Notes: generated from the sequence alone by a model not told the origin. Positions 19,750 through 28,353 are shown, counted from the stretch's first letter. The stretch: 64,000 nucleotides of DNA from an uncultured Vicinamibacterales bacterium (GCA_964481395.1 CAYZYG010000003.1:30535-94534), one strand, 5' to 3'. A program made the numbers and translations.

Positions 19750-20348
19750 GTATTCCTCCTTGCCTGTGGCGCCGCGCGGACAACAGGATCCCGGGGAGGC
19801 GCACACGCGCCGGGCATATTCCCCTGCGCACTTCGCACGCGACTGCCGGCAGCGCCCAGGAGCGAGGGGCGTGCCAGGGCCGGAATCGGAACGGATCACC
19901 ACGATCCGAAGCGCGCGCGAAGCGGTCGGGAATGAATCCGGGGCTCGCGACGACTGATCAGGGCCGCCGCGAGCGCTTCCGGGGCATCGTGGCTGGTGCT
20001 GGCCTCCGACCTGCGTCCGGCGGGCCGGACCGCGATCCAGGAAGCCGAAGCGGGCCGCCTGGCCGACGGCTGCAGGCGTGGAATGGTGGTCCGGCGGGGC
20101 GGTTCGAGGCGAATGGACCCGGGCGGCAGGTCAATTGTGAACCCGGCGTAAGTCACTTCGAACCGATCGAGGCAAAGCGGAAGCCTGCGCGAAGTCGGCC
20201 CGAAGATTCCGATCGGCTGCCATCTTCGCCGAATTGGATCGGCATGCGCGTGGGGCCGCGATGGGCACCGGCGGCGCTCGTGTCGCCCGCCGACTTCGAC
20301 CACGTCACGCGACTCACGATCTGGCACGGATCTTTCCTTGCCCTTTCG

Positions 20349-20371
20349 CGACGACGATGGCATCGTCGTCG
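20349..20371. promoter_or_regulatory. 23-bp near-perfect palindrome (11-1-11) immediately upstream of the Shine-Dalgarno of the MNT-like/HepT fusion gene; candidate operator
   Basis: CGACGACGATG-G-CATCGTCGTCG read directly. It ends 2 nt before GGGAGGG (20374-20380) and 13 nt before the ATG at 20385. Confidence 0.4.
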
Positions 20372-20384
20372 TCGGGAGGGGAAT

Positions 20385-21296
20385 ATGCTGGCTCACGGTG
20401 ATGAACTCAGAGCCGACACCGAGCGGCGGATCGCGGCGCTTGCGGCAGACCTGGCGGCAGACGACCGGGTGCGCTTCGCCTTCGTGTCCGGCGTGGCGGA
20501 ACCGTCGCGGCTCGCGCCGCTGACGGGGCTCACGGTGTTCGTGTATCTCGATCCATCCAGGGCGACCGCGGAGGCACGTGCGGACATCGAGACCTGCGTG
20601 AGCCGCCGGCCGGGCATCGGCAACATCGCGATGACCGTCCTGAACGACGTCGAACTGGAGCAGGCCGGACGGCTGCTGGCGCACAGCGAGGTGCTGGTCG
20701 ATCCGCATCCGGACGATCGTGTCGAGTTCGAAGCGCGCGCGTCCCGGGCGTACGAGGATTTCTGCTGCTTCGAAACCGTATGCGTGCGCGAGCTGGCGGC
20801 CGATCCGTACGGAACCATCATCGACCGCAAGCTGGCGCTGCTTGATGGATACGTGGCGAGACTCCGCAGTCTGTCCGGCATCACCGTGGCGGAATACGAG
20901 ACGGATTGGATGATGCGGTGCGCGATCGAGCGCACGCTCGAACTGGCGGTTCAGACGGCCATCAGCCTCGCGCGGCATGTCGTAGCCGATCGCCGTCTGC
21001 GCGCGCCCGCGACCTACGCCGATACGTTCGCGGTCGCGCGGGAGGCCGGCCTGATCGATCCGCCGCTGGCCGCGTCGATGTCGCGCATGTGTGGTTTCCG
21101 GAACCGCCTCGTCCACGAAGGCGCCCACCTGGATTCGGCGGTGGTGGTTGGAGTCCTGCGCCGCGAACTGGACGACCTCACCGGATTGTGCGCGTGTGTC
21201 AAGCGGCTCGGGTCGGTGGGCCGGCCCGATCTCGAGACGCGCCCAAACGGGGTCGATCTCACAACCGGTGCGGGTCGTCAATCACTCCCGGAGTGA
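20385..21296 (+). CDS. Single-chain fusion of a degenerate MNT-like nucleotidyltransferase domain and a HepT/DUF86 HEPN domain
   Basis: C-terminal half matches DUF86 (ERTLELAVQTAISLARHVV...MCGFRNRLVHEGAHLD, i.e. an Rx4H motif). In the N-terminal half, FVSGVAEPSRLAPLTGLTVFV aligns to FGSxARGx(n)SDxDxxV but lacks the G and both Asp residues. Start trimmed to the ATG at 20385 with an upstream SD. Confidence 0.7.
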   Translation: MLAHGDELRADTERRIAALAADLAADDRVRFAFVSGVAEPSRLAPLTGLTVFVYLDPSRATAEARADIETCVSRRPGIGNIAMTVLNDVELEQAGRLLAHSEVLVDPHPDDRVEFEARASRAYEDFCCFETVCVRELAADPYGTIIDRKLALLDGYVARLRSLSGITVAEYETDWMMRCAIERTLELAVQTAISLARHVVADRRLRAPATYADTFAVAREAGLIDPPLAASMSRMCGFRNRLVHEGAHLDSAVVVGVLRRELDDLTGLCACVKRLGSVGRPDLETRPNGVDLTTGAGRQSLPE

Positions 21297-21342
21297 TGTC
21301 CAGCCCGGGGCCGTGCGGGCAATCAGCCCGGGAGTGATTGAC
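21277..21342. terminator. Perfect 15-bp inverted repeat (GTCAATCACTCCCGG / CCGGGAGTGATTGAC) with 36-nt spacer between convergent genes; possible bidirectional terminator or small palindromic element
   Basis: Arms at 21277-21291 and 21328-21342. The left arm also forms a local 8-1-8 palindrome (ATCACTCC-C-GGAGTGAT) spanning the fusion-gene stop codon. No U-tract. Confidence 0.35.
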
Positions 21343-21388
21343 GGTTCCGCAACCCGATGCAGAGTGGGTCAGCCGCCCCGCGTGCTCA

Positions 21389-22645
21389 TCAACTGATCCA
21401 GTCCGGGGTGGTCGCCACGACGTACCAGCGGTTGCGCATGCGGCGGAGATACACGAAGTGACCCTCTCCCGCCATTCCACCGGTGGCCTGGTCGATCCTG
21501 ACCGTCGCGACATCGACCGCCCTGTCGGAGATTTCCCAGAACACGGACCGCCCGCCTCCTGACCAGCCCGGGTCCGTGAACCGTGGCCGAGGGCGGCCGT
21601 AGAGGACAGGACCAGCGAGCCCCCAGAGATGAACCTCCGGGGTATCGGGCACCGGCAGCATCAGGCCGGGGAGCCTCGTCAGCCCGAGAATCGCGAATGC
21701 CGCAGTGGAGAGGATGGCGTGGTCTTCCGAACCGACTGGCGCCGCCGGGGCAGCCAGGGCGGGACACACGTCGCGGCCATCGGCCGTGCCGTCCCGATCC
21801 GTATCGGGCGAATGCGGATCGATCCCGAACCGCTGCTCTTCCAGATCCGTCCATCCATCTCCGTCCGAATCGCGCAGGATGCCCGCGATGTCGAGTCGCC
21901 ACGACCGGACCTCACGACGCGGCTGCGCGTATCCCGGCGCGCCGGCGCCGCACGTGCCTGGCACCGGGCACGGTCGCGAATCCCGCCTGGGAACTCCCCG
22001 CCCGACCTGCCGAATCACCATCGTGTCCCCATCCCAGGTCGCCGTGACATGGCCGCTCGCGGCGAGCCCGGGCGAGAGGGGCACCAGCCGAGGGCGGGCC
22101 CAGGGCCCAGAGCCGACGCTCCACGACAGCACGACATCGTGCCCGGCGTAGCGCCGGTCGGTCCACACGGCCCAGCGGACGCCCAAGCCGCCGGACACAT
22201 ACGGCTCCCGGACCACGCCGGCACGCGCCGTGGCGACAGCGGTGTCCGCGAAGGCGCGATCGATCCGTTCGACTGCGTCGAGTGCCGTTGGCGTGCCGAG
22301 TTCTCCGAGGCGGGCGTAGGCGTCCTTCCGGACGTCGATCGTATGTGGGAGCAATGGATCCGTCGCCGCACGCTCCAGCCACGCCACATCGGTGGATTCG
22401 AACACGCGCCGTCGTTCGGACAGGGGCTTCCAAGGGCCTGCGTCGCCCGTGCGAGTCCGCAGCACGTCCTGCAGCGTCTGGTTTCGCGAGGGCCCCACGG
22501 TCTCCTCGACGGTCTCCAGGGCGATGGCCGGCACGGGGCGGCCATCCCGCGTGGCGGGCAGGTAGCGCCAGTACTCCCGGATCCGCTCCATCACAAGAGC
22601 ACCCGCCTTCGGTGTGGTGGCCTCGAGTACGCAGCCGTCGGTCAC
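21389..22645 (-). CDS. Hypothetical protein with thrombospondin type-3-like calcium-binding repeats
   Basis: 418 aa. Asp-rich repeats DSDGDGWTDLEE...DPHSPDTDRDGTADGRD. In frame with the upstream lipoprotein-signal ORF across a TGA codon. Confidence 0.6.
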   Translation of the reverse strand: MTDGCVLEATTPKAGALVMERIREYWRYLPATRDGRPVPAIALETVEETVGPSRNQTLQDVLRTRTGDAGPWKPLSERRRVFESTDVAWLERAATDPLLPHTIDVRKDAYARLGELGTPTALDAVERIDRAFADTAVATARAGVVREPYVSGGLGVRWAVWTDRRYAGHDVVLSWSVGSGPWARPRLVPLSPGLAASGHVTATWDGDTMVIRQVGRGVPRRDSRPCPVPGTCGAGAPGYAQPRREVRSWRLDIAGILRDSDGDGWTDLEEQRFGIDPHSPDTDRDGTADGRDVCPALAAPAAPVGSEDHAILSTAAFAILGLTRLPGLMLPVPDTPEVHLWGLAGPVLYGRPRPRFTDPGWSGGGRSVFWEISDRAVDVATVRIDQATGGMAGEGHFVYLRRMRNRWYVVATTPDWIS

Positions 22646-22669
22646 CCGCCCGTCCGTGTCGACCCGAAG

Positions 22670-22930
22670 TCAGACTCGCACTCTGACGAGTCGACCAGGC
22701 GGCGGGGAGGGCCGGAAGTGGGGTGGTGGTGCCGGCGGTCCGAACAGGATGCGGTCTCCGGCATTCGCGTTCCGGCGCGCCGGCGGGACATCGACCTCAT
22801 GCGGCAGCGCGGCATCGTCGAACGTGCAGCCCGGCGGGACCGGCTCCTGCGGGGCAGGCGCCGAACAGGCCGTGAGCCACACGGCGACGACCGCGACCGC
22901 CCACCCCGGTCCCCGCGCACCTTCGGTCAT
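22670..22930 (-). CDS. Putative lipoprotein signal peptide plus Pro-rich linker; likely the N-terminus of the downstream ORF, interrupted by an in-frame TGA
   Basis: MTEGARGPGWAVAVVAVWLTAC|SAPAPQEP (lipobox LTAC). TGA at 22670-22672. Same reading frame as the GTG at 22645, 8 codons downstream. Confidence 0.4.
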   Translation of the reverse strand: MTEGARGPGWAVAVVAVWLTACSAPAPQEPVPPGCTFDDAALPHEVDVPPARRNANAGDRILFGPPAPPPHFRPSPPPGRLVRVRV

Positions 22931-22967
22931 GCACTGCCCGTCCTTCTGGGTGATTAGACACGTGAAT

Positions 22968-23393
22968 CTACAATCCCGCCGCACGGACGCGGCGGCGCAT
23001 GACGTACCAGGCCACCCACGACGCGGCGGCCAGGCTCCAGAACGACCACACGAGGCCGGGATGGCGGCCGAGAATCAGGAACCGCGCGCCGGTTCCGTCG
23101 AACGTGAAGACCAGCGGCAGCAGCGTGAAGAGAATGCCGCTTGCGGTGAACACGGTCCGCAGCCGGATGAACTCGCGCGTGCGCTCGAGCGCCATCAACT
23201 GCGTGTCGCGGATGAACCGCGCCGGCGGAACGGCGTCTGGCAGCGCATAGGCGCTGGACGCCCGAAGGCGTGTCGCGAAGTCCGCGTGCTCCCGCGCGTA
23301 CGATTCGACCAGCGCTTTTGTCTCAGGAGAGGCCTCGCCGGCGAGGTACACCGTCAGCAGATCGTTCATTACGGCGTGCGAGAAAGTCGTCAT
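22968..23393 (-). CDS. Membrane-bound anti-sigma factor (context call)
   Basis: The ATG overlaps the ECF sigma stop (ATGA). N-terminal helical domain (DLLTVYLAGEASPETKALVESYAREH) followed by two TM helices. Confidence 0.6.
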   Translation of the reverse strand: MTTFSHAVMNDLLTVYLAGEASPETKALVESYAREHADFATRLRASSAYALPDAVPPARFIRDTQLMALERTREFIRLRTVFTASGILFTLLPLVFTFDGTGARFLILGRHPGLVWSFWSLAAASWVAWYVMRRRVRAAGL

Positions 23394-23872
23394 CGTCCAT
23401 TCCTTTCGGCGCCGGTGGTGGCCGCCGCCAGCATCTGCCGCGCGCGGTGCACGCGGATCTTCACGGTGCCGGTCGGCAACCCCAGGACGCCGCCGGCCTC
23501 CTCGTAGGTCAGGCCACCCGCGATGAGCATCAGTGGATCGCGGTAGGGCGGCGCGAGGGCGCGCACCGCCTCGAGCGCACGATCCAGGTCGAGTTTCAAT
23601 TCCGCATCCGGTGCCACGCGTGGCTCGGGCATGTCGCCTCCGGGCCAGCGCCTCGCGTGACGGTGCCGATCGCGCGCCAGGTTGCGCGCAATGGCCAGCA
23701 GATACGCCTTGACCGTTCCCACACGGATCGACGACCGACCCGCCCATGCCCTCAGGAACGTTTCAGCCGTGATGTCCGCCGCCGCGTCATCGCTGGCGGT
23801 GAGGTAGCGAGCGAAGCGGAAGACGTCTCCGGCGTGGGCGTCGTAGATGGCCTGGAAGGTGGTCGTCTCCAT
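23390..23872 (-). CDS. ECF-type RNA polymerase sigma-70 factor
   Basis: Region 2 (FQAIYDAHAGDVFRFARYLT...AADITAETFLRAW) and region 4 (YRDPLMLIAGGLTYEEAGGVLGLPTGTVKIRVHRARQML). Confidence 0.85.
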   Translation of the reverse strand: METTTFQAIYDAHAGDVFRFARYLTASDDAAADITAETFLRAWAGRSSIRVGTVKAYLLAIARNLARDRHRHARRWPGGDMPEPRVAPDAELKLDLDRALEAVRALAPPYRDPLMLIAGGLTYEEAGGVLGLPTGTVKIRVHRARQMLAAATTGAERNGR

Positions 23873-24078
23873 CGCGTTCCTGGACTATACGCGGAACGCG
23901 CCGTCCGGTTTCATGTCCCCTCCGCGTCTCCGGCAGGGGACACTCCCCGAACCAGCCTCGCGACAATGCGCCGAAATCGGCCCTGTTCGAGGCGTGAACC
24001 GCTGGCACGATGGCTGCATTCAGCAGAAGTGAGCCCTCGGTCTCCAGCGCCACCTTGGGCGACGCCAGGAGAAATGCG

Positions 24079-25017
24079 ATGAACACGACATGGGTGGCCA
24101 CGCCGGCAGCCGTTGCACTGGCGCTCGCGCTGGCTGCGCTACCGGCCTCGGCGCAGTCGAGCAACCGCGAGCGGCCTGCCCGCGACCGTTCGGCGCAGTC
24201 GGCCCGGACGGCCCGCCAGGGAGACGCCGCAAACACGCAGCCCAGGGGACAGGCGGTCCGCCGGGCGGAGCCGCGTCAGAACACCTCCCGCGAGACCCCG
24301 TCGTCGGGCACGCGCGGCTACACGACATCACGCAGCGCGCCGCCGGCCTCCGGGACGCGTGGCTACTCGGGATCGCCGAGTGGGCCGCCTGCCGATCCGC
24401 CGCCGGCATCTGGCGTGCGTGGCCGCGGGCCGCAGCGAGGCACGCTGCCGGCCAACGAACCGCCGGCCTCCGGCACGCGCGGGTACACCACGTCGCGCGG
24501 TGCCCCGCGAGCCGAGGCGCCGCCCGTCTCCGGCACACGGGGCTACGCGACATCGCGGCCCACCGCAGTCCCGCGTGACCAGCGGTACGACCGCGGGTAC
24601 AGCGGCAACGACCGCGGGTACGGCGGTTACGGCCGGTCCCGCTACGGCAACTACAACCGGGATGCGTGGCGTGGTCGGGTTCACTGGGGCCTCGGCATCT
24701 CGATCTTCGCGGGCAACGCGTTCCGCTTCCACTTCGACTACGGCTGGAGGCCGACGTTCACGTATCACTACCGAATGATGCCCGGCCTGGCGTACGGCGG
24801 CATGAGCTTCGTGCTCGATCCGTACTACACCGAGGTCTACATCGACGGTGAGTTCGTGGGCGTCTCGAGCGACTTCGGCGGCCAGCCGGTTCCGATCGCG
24901 GCGGGTTTCCACCGGATCGAACTCTACGCGCCGGGATTCGTGCCGGTGGCCTTCGACATTCAGGTGCGCCCTGGGCAGGTAATTCCGTACTACGGGACGC
25001 TCTATCCGGCGTACTGA
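24079..25017 (+). CDS. Secreted repeat protein: five SG(T/V)RG(Y) repeats, an RGY-rich segment and a C-terminal PEGA-like domain
   Basis: Start trimmed to MNTTWVATPAAVALALALAALPASAQ with an AGGAGA SD. Repeats PPASGTRGYTTSR and variants. C-terminus YTEVYIDGEFVGVSSDFGGQPVPIAAGFHRIELYAPGFVPVAFDIQV is PEGA-like. Divergent from the ECF sigma operon. Confidence 0.7.
   Translation: MNTTWVATPAAVALALALAALPASAQSSNRERPARDRSAQSARTARQGDAANTQPRGQAVRRAEPRQNTSRETPSSGTRGYTTSRSAPPASGTRGYSGSPSGPPADPPPASGVRGRGPQRGTLPANEPPASGTRGYTTSRGAPRAEAPPVSGTRGYATSRPTAVPRDQRYDRGYSGNDRGYGGYGRSRYGNYNRDAWRGRVHWGLGISIFAGNAFRFHFDYGWRPTFTYHYRMMPGLAYGGMSFVLDPYYTEVYIDGEFVGVSSDFGGQPVPIAAGFHRIELYAPGFVPVAFDIQVRPGQVIPYYGTLYPAY
24296..24567 (+). 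repeat. Intragenic degenerate tandem repeat (about 39-60 nt units) encoding the PPASGTRGY(T/A)TSR motif five times
   Basis: Recurring ccgccggcctccggcacgcgcggctacacgacatcgcgc-like units are visible in the DNA and in the translation. Confidence 0.6.
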
Positions 25018-25272
25018 CACACGCGGCGCCAACGCGGGGCCTGCGCCCCGATCAGCCGTGCTGAACCGTGCCAAGGCCCCCCAGTCACCCCGCGGGATGC
25101 GCGGACACTGGCTGGAGGGCCTACCGCGCTACCGTTTGTTCCGAAGACACAGCCCCTGTCTACTCCACCCGCAGGCCGCCCCCGGGCCGGCTGACCAGGC
25201 CGGCCCGCCCAAGTCTGTCTCCTGGCTCCCATCTCCTGAATTCCGTCCGTGCCCGGTCCCCGATCCCCGGGT

Positions 25273-25278
25273 TAGAAT
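25273..25278 (+). promoter_or_regulatory. TAGAAT -10-like hexamer upstream of the S9 peptidase gene
   Basis: GGTTAGAATG in otherwise GC-rich intergenic DNA, 48 nt before the ATG at 25327. The same GGTAGAATG box recurs at 35503 and 53697. Confidence 0.3.
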
Positions 25279-25326
25279 GCCCCGGCGCGCCGGGCGCGCC
25301 CGTCCACGCTTCCTGGGGGCACTCTC

Positions 25327-28300
25327 ATGAGACATCCTGCCGCACGATTGCCGTTCACGATCCGCCCGTTCGCCGTGGCAGCCGTCACCCTCGTGGTCGC
25401 GCTCGCGTACGCGGTCGCCCTGCCCGAGGCGCAGGCGCCCGCGAGGAAGGCGCTGACCATCGACGACTACGCGAGGTGGCGCAGCATCGGCAGCCAGACG
25501 CTCTCGGCGGACGGCACATGGGTCGCGTACGTCCTGCGGCAGATGAACACCATCGCTGCCGAGTCGAAGCCCGTGCTGCACGTGCGCAATCTCGAGACGG
25601 GAACCGAGGTGACCGTCGACGACGCCACCGATCCCGAGTTCTCGGCGGACTCGAAGTGGATCGCCTATCAGGTCGATCCGGGTGCCGCCGCGCGGGCGCG
25701 CGCGGCACGGCGTGGATCGAGCGGTGGGTCGGGTGGGTCCGGAGGAGGGCAGGGAAGCGGCGGCGCGGCATCCGGCCTGGCCCAGGAGGGCGGACGCGGT
25801 GGCGGGGCGATTCCCCCGCGGCGCGTTGAACTGCGCAATCTCGCGTCGGGCGCGGTCCGGTCCTGGGAGAACATCGGGACCGTCACGTTCTCGCCGACCT
25901 CGACGCATCTCGTGCTCCAGCGGCGAGGAGGCGATGCGCCGGCGGCGACGGGCGGACGCGGTGGCGGGGCCCCTGGCGGCGCGGGCGGTGGGCGCGGGGG
26001 CGGTGGCGCGTTGCCGTCCGGCCCGCGCGGTCTCGACGTCGTCCTGCTCGACCTGCGGACGGGCGGTCACCAGCTGCTCGGCAGCGTTGGCGACATGGCG
26101 TTCAACCGCACGGGCGACCTGCTCGCGTTCACGGTGGATTCGACCGGCAAGGACGCCAACGGCCTCTTCATCTTCGACACGCGAACCGGCCGCGTGACGC
26201 CCCTCGACAACGACGCCAGGCAGTATTCTCGCCTCGCGTGGAACGACGGCGGCACGGCGGTGGCCGTCCTCAAGGGCAAGGACGTCGAGAAGATGCGCGA
26301 GAAGGACAACGTCCTCCTCGCGTTCCGTGATGTGCCCGCGGTGCTGAAGGACGGCACGCCCGCTCCCGCGCCGGTCACGCTCGACCCGGCGACGACGGAG
26401 GGCTTCCCGAAGGGCTGGGTCGTCAGCGACCGCGCGCCGCTTGCCTGGAGTGAGGACAACGCGCGCGTGTTCTTCGGGATGAAGGAGCAGGTGCCCGAGC
26501 CCGACACGGCCCGACGCTCAACGGACGAGACGCCAGACGTGGACGTGTGGAACACGATCGACGAGCGCGTGCAGTCGCGCCAGATGATCCAGGCGAACCA
26601 GGATCGCAACTTCACGTTCCGTCAGGCCTTCGACGTCGCCGCGGCGACGTTCGTGAAGCTCGCCGAGGAGACAATGAAGGACCTGGAGGTCGCACCGGAC
26701 GGGAAGTGGGCCGTAGGCCGCGACGCGCGCGGGTACATTTCAGACCGCAAGGAGCCGGCGGCCGACTTCTACCGGGTCAACACCTCAACCGGCGAGCGGA
26801 CGCTGATCGTGAAGGGGCAGCTCTCGGGCCGGCAGCACGTCCCCGGCATTTCACCTCACGGTACGACCTTCCTCTACTGGAAGGACGGGAAGTACCAGGC
26901 CTACGACCTCGACGCGAACGCGACGCGCACGCTGGGCGGTCCGAAGGCTCCGAGCTTCGCCGACATGGAGGACGACCACCCCGGAACGCGGCCGCCGTAC
27001 GGGGTGGCCGGGTACGCGAGCGACGGCACGGGCGTCATCGTGAATCACCGGTACGACCTGTGGCTGCTGCCGCTCGACGGCTCGGCCGCGGCCAACCTCA
27101 CGAGCGGTGAGGGTACCAAGAACGAGATCCGCTACCGCCTCGTGCGCACGGTCCCCGACGACCCGACGCAGCCGCGCGCGGCCGGACCCCGCGGGACGTA
27201 CGACCTGGCGAAGCCGCTCACGCTCTCGGCCTTCGGCCAGTGGACGAAGAAAGCCGGCTTCTCCGAGCTGGCCGGCGCCACGATCCGGCCGCTCGTGTAC
27301 GAGGACGCGCGGTTCAGCAATCCGGTCAGAGCCCTGAAGGGTCACCGGTACCTGTTCACGCGCGAGACCTTCGCCGAGTACCCGGATCTGCGCGTCTCCG
27401 GGCCGGGCTTCGCCGACTCGCAGAAGATCACCGACGCCAATCCCCAGCAGAAGGACTTCCTTTGGGGCCACCGCGTCCTCTTCGACTACAAGAACAAGGA
27501 CGGCGTCCGCCTGCAGGGCATTCTCGCGATTCCCGATGACTACAAGCCGGGCGAGAAGCGGCCGATGATCGTGACGTTCTACGAGAAGAATTCGCAGAAC
27601 ATGCACGTCTACACCCCGCCGGTGTACATGGTCAGCATGGGCCGCATGCCCACACAGGCGGTCAGCCAGGGTTATCTGACGATGATGCCGGACGTGCACT
27701 TCAGGACCGGCTCGTCGCACAGCGACATGCTGGAGTGCGTGGAGGCCGCCACACGCAAGGTGATCGAGATGGGGTACGCGGACCCGAAGCGGATCGGCGT
27801 CACCGGGCACAGCTACGGCGGGGAAGGGGCCGCCTACGTCGGCGTCATGTCGAAGATGTTCGCGGCCGTCGGCATGGGCGCCGGCGTGGTCGATCTCTAC
27901 AACGACTTCAACATGAACTGGGGATGGACCTATGCCGCGCCCGGCGGCAGCGGTGACACCGGGTTCAACTACTACCTGTTCGACCAGGGCCGCTGGGGCT
28001 TCTCGCCCTGGGACCGGCCGGACCGCTACCGCAGCGAGTCCGCGCTCACGTGGGCGCCGCGGGCGACGGCCCCGTTTCTCATCATGCACGGCACCTCGGA
28101 TCCGACGGTGGGTTTCATAAACGGCCTGGCCTTCTACAACGCGCTCCGCTTCAACGGGAAGACCGCCGTGCTGCTGGCGTACCCGAACGAGGGGCACCAT
28201 CTGAGCGGCGTGGCGAACCAGCGCGATCTGACCACCAAGTTCATGGAGTTCTTCGACCACTACCTCAAGGGCACGCCCGCGCCGACGTGGCTCACCGAAG

Positions 28301-28350
28301 GGGTGCCGTTCCTCAGGAAGGCAGACGCGAGGACAGGAGACAGCAAGTAG
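25327..28350 (+). CDS. S9-family serine peptidase (prolyl oligopeptidase/dipeptidyl peptidase type) with N-terminal beta-propeller and two Gly-rich inserts
   Basis: Signal peptide. TolB-like propeller segments (SADGTWVAYVL, FSADSKWIAY). Catalytic elbow GHSYGGEG. C-terminal FLIMHGTSDPTV and PNEGHHL supply the Asp and His. Confidence 0.85.
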   Translation: MRHPAARLPFTIRPFAVAAVTLVVALAYAVALPEAQAPARKALTIDDYARWRSIGSQTLSADGTWVAYVLRQMNTIAAESKPVLHVRNLETGTEVTVDDATDPEFSADSKWIAYQVDPGAAARARAARRGSSGGSGGSGGGQGSGGAASGLAQEGGRGGGAIPPRRVELRNLASGAVRSWENIGTVTFSPTSTHLVLQRRGGDAPAATGGRGGGAPGGAGGGRGGGGALPSGPRGLDVVLLDLRTGGHQLLGSVGDMAFNRTGDLLAFTVDSTGKDANGLFIFDTRTGRVTPLDNDARQYSRLAWNDGGTAVAVLKGKDVEKMREKDNVLLAFRDVPAVLKDGTPAPAPVTLDPATTEGFPKGWVVSDRAPLAWSEDNARVFFGMKEQVPEPDTARRSTDETPDVDVWNTIDERVQSRQMIQANQDRNFTFRQAFDVAAATFVKLAEETMKDLEVAPDGKWAVGRDARGYISDRKEPAADFYRVNTSTGERTLIVKGQLSGRQHVPGISPHGTTFLYWKDGKYQAYDLDANATRTLGGPKAPSFADMEDDHPGTRPPYGVAGYASDGTGVIVNHRYDLWLLPLDGSAAANLTSGEGTKNEIRYRLVRTVPDDPTQPRAAGPRGTYDLAKPLTLSAFGQWTKKAGFSELAGATIRPLVYEDARFSNPVRALKGHRYLFTRETFAEYPDLRVSGPGFADSQKITDANPQQKDFLWGHRVLFDYKNKDGVRLQGILAIPDDYKPGEKRPMIVTFYEKNSQNMHVYTPPVYMVSMGRMPTQAVSQGYLTMMPDVHFRTGSSHSDMLECVEAATRKVIEMGYADPKRIGVTGHSYGGEGAAYVGVMSKMFAAVGMGAGVVDLYNDFNMNWGWTYAAPGGSGDTGFNYYLFDQGRWGFSPWDRPDRYRSESALTWAPRATAPFLIMHGTSDPTVGFINGLAFYNALRFNGKTAVLLAYPNEGHHLSGVANQRDLTTKFMEFFDHYLKGTPAPTWLTEGVPFLRKADARTGDSK

Positions 28351-28353
28351 TGG

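Noticed and set aside
22670-22672. TGA as a selenocysteine codon
   Set aside because: I could not identify a SECIS-like hairpin immediately downstream. The context (a Pro-rich linker of a lipoprotein) is not a redox active site. A nonsense mutation or a base-call error is more likely.
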